Assembly (NCBI GenBank): GCA_035763805.1
Contig: DASUAL010000039.1
Span: forward strand, 20,465 to 84,464
DNA from: Gemmatimonadales bacterium
GTDB taxonomy: Bacteria; Gemmatimonadota; Gemmatimonadetes; Gemmatimonadales; GWC2-71-9
Direction of reading: 5' to 3'
DNA: 64,000 nucleotides
Shown: in pieces, positions 27,772 to 36,899 of the stretch
How positions within the stretch are numbered: position 1 is the first letter of the stretch
Layout of the letters: every line of letters begins with the position of its first letter
The notes under the pieces: generated by a model
What the model saw: only the letters and a program-made list of their open reading frames with translations
Told to the model about the DNA's origin: nothing
Database searches by the model: none
Translations under genes and position numbers: made by a program

Positions 27772-28092
27772 TTGTCCCTGCGCCAAGCTCAACAGACGGT
27801 CGATCGCTGGATCGGCCAATATAAAGAAGGATACTTCTCCCCGCTGACGAACCTCGCCCGGCTCACGGAGGAAGTGGGCGAGCTTGCCCGGGAAATCAAC
27901 CACCGCTTTGGGGAGAAGACCAAGAAGCAAGAAGAGGCAGAGGGCTCGTTGGCCATGGAGCTCGCCGATGTCCTGTTCGTCGTGATCTGCATCGCCAACT
28001 CACAACGGATCGACCTCGATCAGGCGTTCGAGGCGATGATGCGGAAGGTCACCGCCCGCGACGCCGACCGCTGGACCAGGAAGGAACGCTGA
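27772..28092 (+). CDS. MazG-like nucleotide pyrophosphohydrolase (YpjD-type, about 106 aa)
   Basis: TTG 27772, in frame with track ORF 26671..28092. (M)SLRQAQQTVDRWIGQYKEGYFSPLTNLARLTEEVGELAREINHRFGEK..ELADVLFVVICIANSQRIDL..RDADRWTRKER closely recalls Bacillus YpjD as I remember it. Confidence 0.7.
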   Translation: MSLRQAQQTVDRWIGQYKEGYFSPLTNLARLTEEVGELAREINHRFGEKTKKQEEAEGSLAMELADVLFVVICIANSQRIDLDQAFEAMMRKVTARDADRWTRKER

Positions 28093-28981
28093 CTTCTTCA
28101 CAGATCCGCTGGTAGGAGACCAGCCGGTCGGGGTCGAACTGCCCTGCTTCCACCGCCCGCCGCACCGCGCACCCGGGCTCGGCCAGATGGCGGCAGTTGT
28201 CGAAGCGGCATTGATCGAGCAGGCTTCGGAACTCCGGAAAGCAGCCTCCGAGCACGTCCGGGTCCACGCCCCACGTCGCCAGCTCCCGCAGCCCGGGCGT
28301 GTCCACCACGTACCCGCCGCCAGGCAGCGGCACGAGCAGTGCCGCGCGCGTCGTGTGTTTCCCGGCGCCCCAATACGCGCTGATCTCCCCGATCCGCAGG
28401 TTGAGGCCGGGCTGGATCGCGTTGACCAGGCTGGACTTCCCCACTCCGGACGGACCTGTGAGCACCGATGCGCGGCCACGCAACAGGTCGCGCAGCGCCG
28501 GCAACCCCTCGGCGAGCGTCACCGAGGTCGGCAGCACCTGGTAGGCGGCAGGCCCGTACCGTCGGAGCAGGCCCTCCAGGGCGCTGCGGTCGAGGTCGAT
28601 CTTGTTGAGGATGATCACCGGAGGAATGCGGTTTGCTTCGGCGATGACGAGGAAGCGGTCGAGCATCCGGAGGTTCGGTTCCGGGTCGCGCGCCGACGCC
28701 ACGACCACGACTTGGTCGACGTTGGCCGCGATGGCTTGGGCGCGGGGACTGCGCCGGGCGGCTGCCCGCCGGGCCAGCACCGAGCGCCGCGGGCGCACGC
28801 CCGTGATCGTCGCGGGACCGTCCGCCCGTAGCTCCAGCTCGACGATGTCGCCCGCCACCACCCGTTCATCGTCCCGCCGCTTGAACCTGCCGCGGAGCAC
28901 GGCGGTGACTTCACCCTCATCGCCGTGGACGCGGTAGGTCGAGCCCGTCCGCGCCAGCACGACCCCGATCGTCAAGGCCAT
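28049..28981 (-). CDS. rsgA: ribosome small-subunit-dependent GTPase A
   Basis: OB-fold N-terminus, NKIDL (G4 first, circularly permuted), GPSGVGKSSLVNAI, zinc knuckle CRFDNCRHLAEPGCAV. Confidence 0.9.
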   Translation of the reverse strand: MALTIGVVLARTGSTYRVHGDEGEVTAVLRGRFKRRDDERVVAGDIVELELRADGPATITGVRPRRSVLARRAAARRSPRAQAIAANVDQVVVVASARDPEPNLRMLDRFLVIAEANRIPPVIILNKIDLDRSALEGLLRRYGPAAYQVLPTSVTLAEGLPALRDLLRGRASVLTGPSGVGKSSLVNAIQPGLNLRIGEISAYWGAGKHTTRAALLVPLPGGGYVVDTPGLRELATWGVDPDVLGGCFPEFRSLLDQCRFDNCRHLAEPGCAVRRAVEAGQFDPDRLVSYQRICEEVSVPSWSSGRRRGR

Positions 28982-29271
28982 CTCACGTGCTGCAGGCCGC
29001 CCCCCGCCTGATCGAGGCAGCGGTCGAGGTGGCGCTTGATCTCATGGAGGGTGAGGGCAAGGATCGGCGTAAGCGCTTCGGCGGGCGTCTTTCCCCACGC
29101 GAGATACTCGGTCTCGAGGTGTCCGACCGGCCGGTCTCCGGCGTCCGACCAGCGGACGAACAGCAGGGCCGCGCCGTAGAGGCCCCGCGCGTCCGGCGCA
29201 TCGTCCACGAACGTGGCCACTGAGTAGGCCCGCCCGTCCTTGCCGCCGAACGCCGGCGCCCGCTCGTGCAC
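28972..29271 (-). CDS. small hypothetical protein (99 aa), overlaps the rsgA start by 10 nt
   Basis: Track ORF with coding-like composition. No family recognised. Confidence 0.45.
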   Translation of the reverse strand: MHERAPAFGGKDGRAYSVATFVDDAPDARGLYGAALLFVRWSDAGDRPVGHLETEYLAWGKTPAEALTPILALTLHEIKRHLDRCLDQAGGGLQHVRWP

Positions 29272-29300
29272 CCGCTGGTAGCCGCCGAGGGTGTCGTCCG

Positions 29301-30233
29301 TCAGCTCCGCCGTAGCGACTCTCTCACGATGTTGCCGAGCAGGAACACGATGTTGGCCGGCCGCTCGGCGAGCCGGCGCATGAGGTACGGATACCAGTCG
29401 TCGCCGAAGGGGACGTACACGCGAACGCCATACCCATCGCGGCGCAGCGTCTGTTGCAGGTCGCGTCGCACGCCGTACAGCATCTGGAACTCGAAACGCC
29501 CCGCTGCGATGCCCCGGCGGCGCACGAAGTCCTTCGCGTGCGCGATGATCCTCGCGTCGTGCGTGGCGATGCCGGGATAATGCCCTTGCTCGAGCAGGCG
29601 CTCCATGCAGCGGACGTAAGTCGCATCCACGTCTCGTTTGTCCGGGAACGCGAGGGTCGCCGGCTCCTGATAGGCCCCCTTGCAGAGCCGCACCCGTGCC
29701 CCCAAGGCGATCATGTCTTCCACGTCTCGTTCGGTGCGACGCAGATACGACTGCAGCACGACCCCGACGACGTTCCCGAACTCACGGTGGAACGTCTGCG
29801 TGAAGAGTTGCAGGGTCCGCTCGGTGTACTCCGACTGTTCCATGTCGATGCGTACGAACGACCCATAGCCCTTTGCCTTCGCGATGATCGCCCGCGTATT
29901 CTCGACGCACAGCGCTTCATCGATGCCGAGCCCCATCTGCGTCAGCTTGACCGAGACGTTCGCATCGGCACCGACGAGCCGGATGCGGTCGAGTGTCTGC
30001 AGGTAGAGATCGCGAGCGGTGCGCGCCTCGGCAGCGCTCCGCACCGCCTCGCCCAACAGGTCGAGGCTGACCGTGACCCCCGCCGCGTTGAGCTCCTTGA
30101 GGGCCGCCACGGCGGAGTCTACCGTCTCCCCCGCCACGAAGCGCGACGCCAGGCGCCGGGCGAGGCCGTTGGCGCGAATGAAATGGAAGATCCGGGGTTG
30201 CTCGCTGAGCCAGAGAAGGCCGGCGCGTAACAT
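29301..30233 (-). CDS. proline dehydrogenase (monofunctional PutA-like)
   Basis: RFVAGETVDSAVAALKELNAAGVTVSLDLLGE..VSVKLTQMG..VRIDMEQS..RLCKGAY..ATHD..FQMLYGV. Confidence 0.8.
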   Translation of the reverse strand: MLRAGLLWLSEQPRIFHFIRANGLARRLASRFVAGETVDSAVAALKELNAAGVTVSLDLLGEAVRSAAEARTARDLYLQTLDRIRLVGADANVSVKLTQMGLGIDEALCVENTRAIIAKAKGYGSFVRIDMEQSEYTERTLQLFTQTFHREFGNVVGVVLQSYLRRTERDVEDMIALGARVRLCKGAYQEPATLAFPDKRDVDATYVRCMERLLEQGHYPGIATHDARIIAHAKDFVRRRGIAAGRFEFQMLYGVRRDLQQTLRRDGYGVRVYVPFGDDWYPYLMRRLAERPANIVFLLGNIVRESLRRS

Positions 30234-30260
30234 CAGGTGCCAGGTGCCCGGTGTCGGGTG

Positions 30261-32396
30261 TCAGGGATAGAACTTGCCACCCTGTCGCGCCTGCTCCAGC
30301 AGCGTCTCACTGGGCGCGAAACGCGAGCCGAGGCGTTCGGCAAGCCGTTCGAGCTCGCCCACGAGTCGCGCGGCGCCGAGGTCGTCGGCATGACGTAGCG
30401 GCCCGCCGCGGAACGGAGGAAACCCGAAGCCGAAAATGGCGGCGACGTCGCCGTCGCGCGGACTTCTCACGATGCCTTCACCGACCGCGCGCGCGGCCTC
30501 GTTGAGCATCACCAGGACGAGCCGCTGGATGATCTCCGCGGCGCGAGGGCCGCCGTTGGGTTGTGTGCCGATGAGCTGATACACGGTCGGATCGACGTCG
30601 CCCTTCTTGCCGCCCGAGTACGTGTAGAAACCCTTCCCCGCCTTGCGCCCGAAGCGCCCGGCCTTCACCATGCCGGCGAACCCGGGTGGCGGGGCGAAGC
30701 GCTCCCCGAACGCCCCGTGCATCACGCCCACCACCTTCTCCCCCACGTCCAGGCCGACTTCGTCGAGCAGCGTGATCGGCCCGACAGGGAAGCCGAACTG
30801 CACCATCAAGTGGTCCATCTCCTCGATCGCGACCCCTTCCTGCAAGAGATGGCCCGCCTCGTTCATGTACGGCGTCAGGATGCGGTTGATCCAAAAGCCG
30901 GGGCTGTCCTTCACCACGACCGCCGTCTTTCCCATGCGCCGCCCGAAGGCGACCGCCGTGCTGGTCACCCAAGGAGCGGTGTGCTCGGACGGGATTACCT
31001 CGACCAGGGGCATGCGAGCGACGGGCGAGAAGAAGTGCATCCCGATCACCTGCTGCGGGCGCCGCCCCGCCGCGGCGATCTGCGCGATCGGAATCGTGGA
31101 CGTGTTGGATGCGAACACGACCCTGTCGTGCGTCGCCGCCTCGACCTCGCGCAGCACCTGCTGCTTCACGGCGAGGTCCTCGAACACCGCCTCGATGACG
31201 AGGTCGGCGCGTCCGAAACCCGCGTAGCTGTCGCCGCCGGACAGCAGCGCCACGAGGCGCGCGTGCTCGTACTTCGTGATGCGACGCCGCTTCAGGCGCT
31301 CGTCCGGGATCTCGCGCGCGGCGACCAGGCCCTTATGCACGCGGGGCAGATCAGCGTCCTTCAACCGCGCGTCTACGCCCGCCTGGGACACCGCCGTCCC
31401 GGCGATCCCCGACCCCATGAACCCGGCTCCGACGACGCCGAGCCGCCGCACCTCCACCGGCGCCGGGGCGTTCGCCACGCCGAAATCCTTCTTGAGCTGG
31501 GTGGTGGCGAAGAAGATCTGGACGAGCTTGCGGGACACATCGGTGACGGCGAGCTGTCCGAAGAGCTGCGCCTCGCGCTTCAATCCCGCGGCCATCCCGC
31601 GCCGCAGCCCATACTGGACCGCCTCCAGCGCGGCGAGCGGGGCGGGATAGTTGCCCTTGGTCTGGTTGAGCACCTGTTTGCGGGCCGTCCGGAACACGAG
31701 ACTTCGTCCGAGCGGGTTGGCGTCGAGCAGCCAGCCGACGAAGCCCCCGCGACGCCTTCGCCGGGGCCGCCAGCCCGTCGCCATGCGCTTGGCGGCGGCG
31801 ATCGTCACGTCCCTCAGAGTCGCCGGGTGAACGAGTTCGTCGACGATGCCCAACCGGAAGGCCTTCTGCGCCGGCTCGGTTTTTCCCGCCAGAATGATGT
31901 CGAGCGCCGCCCGCGCGCCGATCAGGCGCGGCAATCGCTGGCAGCCGCCCGCGCCCGGGAGGAGGCCCAGCTGCACTTCGGGGAGACCGAGTTGAGTCTT
32001 CGGATGGTCGCTGGCGACGCGGTAGTGGCAGGCGAGCGCGAACTCGAGCCCGCCGCCCAAGCAGGCGCCGTGGATGCCGACGGCGATCGGCTTCGGAAGC
32101 CGGGCGACGCGCTCGAGCAGCTCCTGGCCGTCCGCCGAGAGCCGCTCGGCTTCGGCGGCGGTGGTCAGCTTGACGAATTCCTCGATGTCCGCGCCGGCGA
32201 TGAAGTTCTCGGGCTTGCCCGAGAACAACGCGACGGCCTGCACCGCGGCGTCGCGCTCGAGGCCGGCGAACGTGACCAGGAATTCGTCCTTCACGGCGCG
32301 CGAGATCTTGTTGACCGGCTCGCCCTTCAGGTCGAGGGTGACGAGCGCGATGCCGTCGATGAGCTCCCAGGTGAGGGCGGACCCGGGTGGAGGCAT
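30261..32396 (-). CDS. multifunctional enoyl-CoA hydratase / 3-hydroxyacyl-CoA dehydrogenase (FadB/FadJ-type)
   Basis: ATG 32396 (codon 26 of the track ORF), 1 nt after the thiolase stop. Crotonase part FIAGADI..GACLGGGLEFALAC. NAD fold LGVVGAGFMGSGIA. C-terminal HCDH repeats. Confidence 0.9.
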   Translation of the reverse strand: MPPPGSALTWELIDGIALVTLDLKGEPVNKISRAVKDEFLVTFAGLERDAAVQAVALFSGKPENFIAGADIEEFVKLTTAAEAERLSADGQELLERVARLPKPIAVGIHGACLGGGLEFALACHYRVASDHPKTQLGLPEVQLGLLPGAGGCQRLPRLIGARAALDIILAGKTEPAQKAFRLGIVDELVHPATLRDVTIAAAKRMATGWRPRRRRRGGFVGWLLDANPLGRSLVFRTARKQVLNQTKGNYPAPLAALEAVQYGLRRGMAAGLKREAQLFGQLAVTDVSRKLVQIFFATTQLKKDFGVANAPAPVEVRRLGVVGAGFMGSGIAGTAVSQAGVDARLKDADLPRVHKGLVAAREIPDERLKRRRITKYEHARLVALLSGGDSYAGFGRADLVIEAVFEDLAVKQQVLREVEAATHDRVVFASNTSTIPIAQIAAAGRRPQQVIGMHFFSPVARMPLVEVIPSEHTAPWVTSTAVAFGRRMGKTAVVVKDSPGFWINRILTPYMNEAGHLLQEGVAIEEMDHLMVQFGFPVGPITLLDEVGLDVGEKVVGVMHGAFGERFAPPPGFAGMVKAGRFGRKAGKGFYTYSGGKKGDVDPTVYQLIGTQPNGGPRAAEIIQRLVLVMLNEAARAVGEGIVRSPRDGDVAAIFGFGFPPFRGGPLRHADDLGAARLVGELERLAERLGSRFAPSETLLEQARQGGKFYP

Positions 32397-32397
32397 G

Positions 32398-33657
32398 TCA
32401 GCGGCGCTCCAGCACCATCGCGAAGCCCATCCCGCCCTGCGCGCAGATCGAGAGCAGCCCGAACTGCACATCGCGCCGCGACATCTCGTTCGCGAGCGTC
32501 GTGACGATGCGACCCCCGGTGGCGCCGAACGGGTGCCCGATCGCGATCGAGCCGCCCATGACGTTGATGATGTCTTCGTTGATCTCCCACCCCTTCTCGG
32601 CGAAGCCCTTCAGGTTCGAGAGCACCTGGGCCGCGAACGCCTCGTGGATCTCGATGAGGCCGAGGTCCTTCCACTGCACGCCCGCGCGCTCGAGAACCTT
32701 GGGGACGGCGAAGATGGGCGCCTGAAGCAGCTGCCAGCCGGGGTCCACCGCCGCCACGGCATAAGCGCGGATGTAGGCAAGGGGCGGGTAGCCATGCGCG
32801 CGTGCGGCGTCGTCGCTCATGAGGAGCACGGCGGACGCTCCGTCGGTGAGCGGCGAGGAGCTCGCGGCCGTGACCGTCCCGTACTTGCGGTCGAACACCG
32901 GCTTGAGCTTCGACATCTGCTCGAGCGACGTGTCGGTCCGGATGCCGTTGTCCTGCGTGACGACGGGCGCGTTGAGCTTCGCGGGAAACCAGGGCACGAT
33001 CTCCTGCGTGAGCCGGCCGTCGGCCGTTCCCTGGGCCGCGAGCTGGTGGCTGCGGAGCGCCCAGCGGTCCTGCGCCTCGCGCGGGATGTGGTTCTCCTTC
33101 GCCATCTTCTCGGCCGACTGCCCCATCGTTTCGCCGGTCGACGGCTCGGCGATCGCGGGCGAGACAGGCATCAGGTCGCGGATACGGAGCCGGCTGAAAG
33201 TCCGGAGCCGCGCGCCGAGGCTCTTCGCCTTGCTCGCCTCGACCAGGGTGTCCGCGAGGCGGCGGGAGGCGAGGATCGGGATGTCCGAGAGCGACTCGAC
33301 ACCGCCCGCGATCACGACGTCGGCGTTTCCGAGCGCGATCTGATCGTGCGCACTGGAGACGGCTTGGCCGGCTGAGGCGCAGGCGCGGTTGAGCGAGTAG
33401 GCGGGAATCTCTTTCGGGAACTGGGGGAGGAGGCTCACTTCGCGGGCGACGTTGGGCACGAGCGCCGACGGCACGACCTGTCCGAAGACCACCTCATCCA
33501 CGTCCGCCCCGTCCAGACTGGTGCGCTCGAGCAGCTCGCGCGTGACATAACGGGCGAGATCCACGGCGCGCGCGTCCTTCAGCGCGGTTCCCGATTTGCA
33601 GAACGGCGTGCGGCAACCGGCCACGACGGCTACGCGCCGCCCATTTCCCACCGGCAT
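32398..33657 (-). CDS. acetyl-CoA C-acyltransferase (thiolase, FadA/FadI-type)
   Basis: ATG 33657 (in frame), preceded by SD AGGAGA. NRACASAGQAV (Cys), GGSIAIGHPFGATGGRIV, CAQGGMG. Upstream codons of the 712-aa track ORF are shadow. Confidence 0.9.
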   Translation of the reverse strand: MPVGNGRRVAVVAGCRTPFCKSGTALKDARAVDLARYVTRELLERTSLDGADVDEVVFGQVVPSALVPNVAREVSLLPQFPKEIPAYSLNRACASAGQAVSSAHDQIALGNADVVIAGGVESLSDIPILASRRLADTLVEASKAKSLGARLRTFSRLRIRDLMPVSPAIAEPSTGETMGQSAEKMAKENHIPREAQDRWALRSHQLAAQGTADGRLTQEIVPWFPAKLNAPVVTQDNGIRTDTSLEQMSKLKPVFDRKYGTVTAASSSPLTDGASAVLLMSDDAARAHGYPPLAYIRAYAVAAVDPGWQLLQAPIFAVPKVLERAGVQWKDLGLIEIHEAFAAQVLSNLKGFAEKGWEINEDIINVMGGSIAIGHPFGATGGRIVTTLANEMSRRDVQFGLLSICAQGGMGFAMVLERR

Positions 33658-33723
33658 TACATTCTCCTGCGTGATGCGAGCGTGAAAGCTACCACGGGGC
33701 ACGCAGGCCGGCCAAGACACCGC

Positions 33724-35412
33724 ATGCCGACGGACACAGAGTTCTCCCAGCGCACGCGCGCCGCGGCGCTCGCGTCGATGGTCGCCGAGCCGGTGGACGT
33801 CCTCGTCATCGGCGGCGGGATAGTGGGCGCCGGCGTCGCTCGCGACGCGGCGCTGCGCGGTTTCCGCACCGCGCTCGTGGACAAGGGCGACTTCGGAGGC
33901 GGCACGTCGTCCCATTCGTCCCGCCTGATTCACGGCGGTATCCGGTACCTCGAGCAACACGACTTCCGCCTGGTCCTCGAGGCGAGCCGCGAGCGGCGCG
34001 TGCTCATGAACATCGCGCCGCACCTCGTGCGCCCACTGCCTTTCCTGTTCCCCGCCTACCGGGGGGCGCGTGTCCGGGCGTGGCAGCTCCGTGCCGGGTT
34101 GTGGCTGTACGACCTGCTGGCCGCGTTTCGGAACGTCCGCCGCCACCGCTGGCTCGGGCGCAGGACCGTGCTGCGGCTGGAGCCGGGGCTCCGCGAGAAG
34201 GACCTCCAGGGCGCCGGGCTCTATTACGATGCCCAGACGGACGATGCCCGCCTCGTGATCGCCACGACGCGGAGCGCGGCGCAGGCGGGCGCGCTGGTCG
34301 CGAACTACGCCGAGGTCGTCAGCCTCCTTAAACCCGACGGGCGCGTGCGCGGGGCCACGGCTCGCGACGCTCTGACCGGCAGGACCCACACGGTGCGCGC
34401 GCTCGTGGTCGTGAACGCTACCGGGCCGTGGGTGGACCGCGTGCGCCGGCTCGACGACCCGCAGGCCGAGCCGCTGCTGCGGCTCACCAAGGGCGCGCAC
34501 GTCGCCGTGCCGCGCCAACGCGTCGGGAATACCCACGCCGTGACCATCACGTCCCCGATCGACGGCCGGGTGATGTTCGTGCTGCCGTGGGGAGAGCAGA
34601 GCTACGTCGGGACGACCGATACCGAAGACGCCGCCTCCCTCGACGACGTGCGGACCACGGCGGAGGACGTCATCTACCTCCTCCGGTCGGCGAACGCGTT
34701 CTTTCCCCAGGCCCGGCTGGCGCCCCAGGATGTTGTCGCGACGTGGGCGGGGCTGCGCGCGCTGCTACAACCGGATCAGTCCCTCTCTCCGTCCGAGGTC
34801 TCGCGCGAGCACCGGATCGTGGAGAGCCCGAGCGGACTGCTCTCGATCGCTGGCGGCAAGCTCACGACTTACCGCGTCATGGGGCGCGAAATGGTGGATC
34901 GCGTCGCCGCGCGGCTCACGGCCCTCGACGGCCGCCCCAAGGCGCCACCACCGCCCACCGACCGGCTGCCGCTCCCAGGCGGTGAGCCGGCGGACCTCAC
35001 CGTGCTCGTCGAGGCAGCCCGGGGACGCGGGGCGTCCGAGTCGACCGCACACCACCTCGTGGCCAGCTACGGTAGCGAGTCGGCCGGCGTGCTCAACCTC
35101 GCGGACCGCGATCGCAGGCTCGGCCGGCCGATCGAGAGCGGCCACCCGGAGATCTGGGCCGAGGTCGTGCATGCCGTGGAGCGGGAGATGGCGGTGCGGC
35201 TCGACGACGTGCTCGTCCGGCGGCTGCATCTCTTCTATCAAGACCGCGATCACGCGGCGCGCGCCGCGCCCGCCGTCGCCAAACACATGGCCGAGCTGCT
35301 CGGTTGGGACGCGGCGCGCGTGGAGGAGGAGCTCGACGAGTATCGGGGGGCGGTCGAGCGGGCCGGAGAGTTCCTGCGCCGGATCGCTCGTCCGAGCAAC
35401 GAAGTCGGCTGA
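33724..35412 (+). CDS. glpD: FAD-dependent glycerol-3-phosphate dehydrogenase
   Basis: DVLVIGGGIVGAGVARDAALRGFRTALVDKGDFGGGTSSHSSRLIHGGIRYLE. C-terminal GlpD alpha-helical domain. Start is ATG 33724 (alternative GTG 33682). Confidence 0.85.
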   Translation: MPTDTEFSQRTRAAALASMVAEPVDVLVIGGGIVGAGVARDAALRGFRTALVDKGDFGGGTSSHSSRLIHGGIRYLEQHDFRLVLEASRERRVLMNIAPHLVRPLPFLFPAYRGARVRAWQLRAGLWLYDLLAAFRNVRRHRWLGRRTVLRLEPGLREKDLQGAGLYYDAQTDDARLVIATTRSAAQAGALVANYAEVVSLLKPDGRVRGATARDALTGRTHTVRALVVVNATGPWVDRVRRLDDPQAEPLLRLTKGAHVAVPRQRVGNTHAVTITSPIDGRVMFVLPWGEQSYVGTTDTEDAASLDDVRTTAEDVIYLLRSANAFFPQARLAPQDVVATWAGLRALLQPDQSLSPSEVSREHRIVESPSGLLSIAGGKLTTYRVMGREMVDRVAARLTALDGRPKAPPPPTDRLPLPGGEPADLTVLVEAARGRGASESTAHHLVASYGSESAGVLNLADRDRRLGRPIESGHPEIWAEVVHAVEREMAVRLDDVLVRRLHLFYQDRDHAARAAPAVAKHMAELLGWDAARVEEELDEYRGAVERAGEFLRRIARPSNEVG

Positions 35413-35443
35413 TCCCCGCCACCCAGCAGTGGCCTTCCTCCTT

Positions 35444-35881
35444 CTATCGGCGCGCCTCCTGCAGCCGCGCACGGTAGTGTGCCAGGTTTTCGTGACTGAT
35501 CCGCGTCAGGTCGCCGGGCATCTCGTCCGGCCCGAACCAGCGGATTTCGGCGCACTTGTCCGGTTCTCGAATCACCGGCTCACCGCCTGTGCGTCGGCAG
35601 ATGAACGTGGGCGACACCCAATGCTGTCCCTCGTCCGGGAGGATGTGGTCCACGACGTCGAGCAACGCGCCAACATCAATTTCGATGCCGTATTCTTCCT
35701 GCATCTCGCGCTTCAGGGCATCGGCGAGCCGCTCGCCGAACTCGACGGAGCCGCCGGGGAACTCCCACAGCCCCCGCTCGTTCTTCGCCTTCGGGCCACG
35801 ACGCGCCAACAGCAGCCGGCCATCGTCGGCGACGATGATCGCGCCGACGCCGACGCCGACGTAGTCCACGCCGCGCTTCAT
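35444..35881 (-). CDS. NUDIX hydrolase
   Basis: ATG 35881 (codon 44 of the track ORF). Nudix box GGSVEFGERLADALKREMQEEYGI. Confidence 0.8.
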   Translation of the reverse strand: MKRGVDYVGVGVGAIIVADDGRLLLARRGPKAKNERGLWEFPGGSVEFGERLADALKREMQEEYGIEIDVGALLDVVDHILPDEGQHWVSPTFICRRTGGEPVIREPDKCAEIRWFGPDEMPGDLTRISHENLAHYRARLQEARR

Positions 35882-35885
35882 TGGA

Positions 35886-36899
35886 TCAGACCCATCCCCG
35901 CAGCGATCGTACGAAGTCGTGCACGACCAGGAATTTCTCGAACACCGGCACGCCCTTGCGCTTCCGACCGAACTCCGCGAACAGCTCTCGTAGCCGGCCC
36001 CGCCGCGCAACGTAGAACCGAAACGTTTCCGCGAAGTCCTCCTGCGGGTGCGTCGCGGCGTACGCCGTGACGTAATTCGGCAGCGTCGTCGTCACGCCGC
36101 GGCGCTCGAAGTCCACCCACTTCGAGTCGGCGACGCGGTATGCCTTGCGTACCTCCCCGAACGCCCGTCGGAAACGCCCCGTGCGGGTGAGCGACCAGTT
36201 GTGATACAGGAACGAGTGCCCCAGCTCGTGCAGGATCAGCCCCGTGAGCATGTTCCAGGAGATCTCGTCCCGCCATCGCTTACCGGTGACGTACCGGCGC
36301 TCGATTTCGATCACCTTGGGCGAGCGGTGCGTGACACCCGACACGCCGGGCCTCAGCAGCACGCGGTAGTTCCAATCCTTGATGCGCGCGACGACGAGGA
36401 GCTGTCGCACGCGCCGCAGCGCCTGACGGATGAGGTCGCGCCCCGACGCGTCCTCGCCGCACCACGGACAGACGTCCATCCAGTCGTCCACACCTTTGCT
36501 GCAGTGCGGGCAGATGTTCTGGTAGTCGTCGTACCGCCACTTTTGCGGCCGCCCGCACCACGGGCAGTGACGCATCGGGTACATCACCCCGCCGCCACAG
36601 CCCCAGCGGCAGCGCCGGTCGTACCGGAATCCTTTCGGCGCCTTGAGCGGCTCCGGACTCGAAGCCGGATCTTCGATTCTGCGCCCGCACCAGGGGCAGA
36701 ACGAGAACGCATCCGACACGACCCAGCCGCAGTAGTAGCACTCGGCGCCCGTCTCTTTCCGGGTGTCGCGCCACTCGAGACGCCGGCCGCAGTTGGAGCA
36801 GTGCGACCAGAAGCGCTCGAGCTCCGCGCCGCACGTCGGGCAGCGCAACTCGGGAGTCGGAACCTCGCGGCGGCGGCGCGGCCGCTTAGCCGTGGTCAC
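35886..36899 (-). CDS. four tandem zinc ribbons fused to an HExxH putative zinc-metallopeptidase-like domain
   Basis: GTG start overlaps the ATP-grasp stop by 14 nt. Ribbons: CPTCG..CSNCG, CYYCG..CPWCG, CRWGCG..CPWCG, CPHCS..CPWCG (aa 20-148). C-terminal LILHELGHSF and THPQEDFAETF. Confidence 0.7.
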   Translation of the reverse strand: MTTAKRPRRRREVPTPELRCPTCGAELERFWSHCSNCGRRLEWRDTRKETGAECYYCGWVVSDAFSFCPWCGRRIEDPASSPEPLKAPKGFRYDRRCRWGCGGGVMYPMRHCPWCGRPQKWRYDDYQNICPHCSKGVDDWMDVCPWCGEDASGRDLIRQALRRVRQLLVVARIKDWNYRVLLRPGVSGVTHRSPKVIEIERRYVTGKRWRDEISWNMLTGLILHELGHSFLYHNWSLTRTGRFRRAFGEVRKAYRVADSKWVDFERRGVTTTLPNYVTAYAATHPQEDFAETFRFYVARRGRLRELFAEFGRKRKGVPVFEKFLVVHDFVRSLRGWV

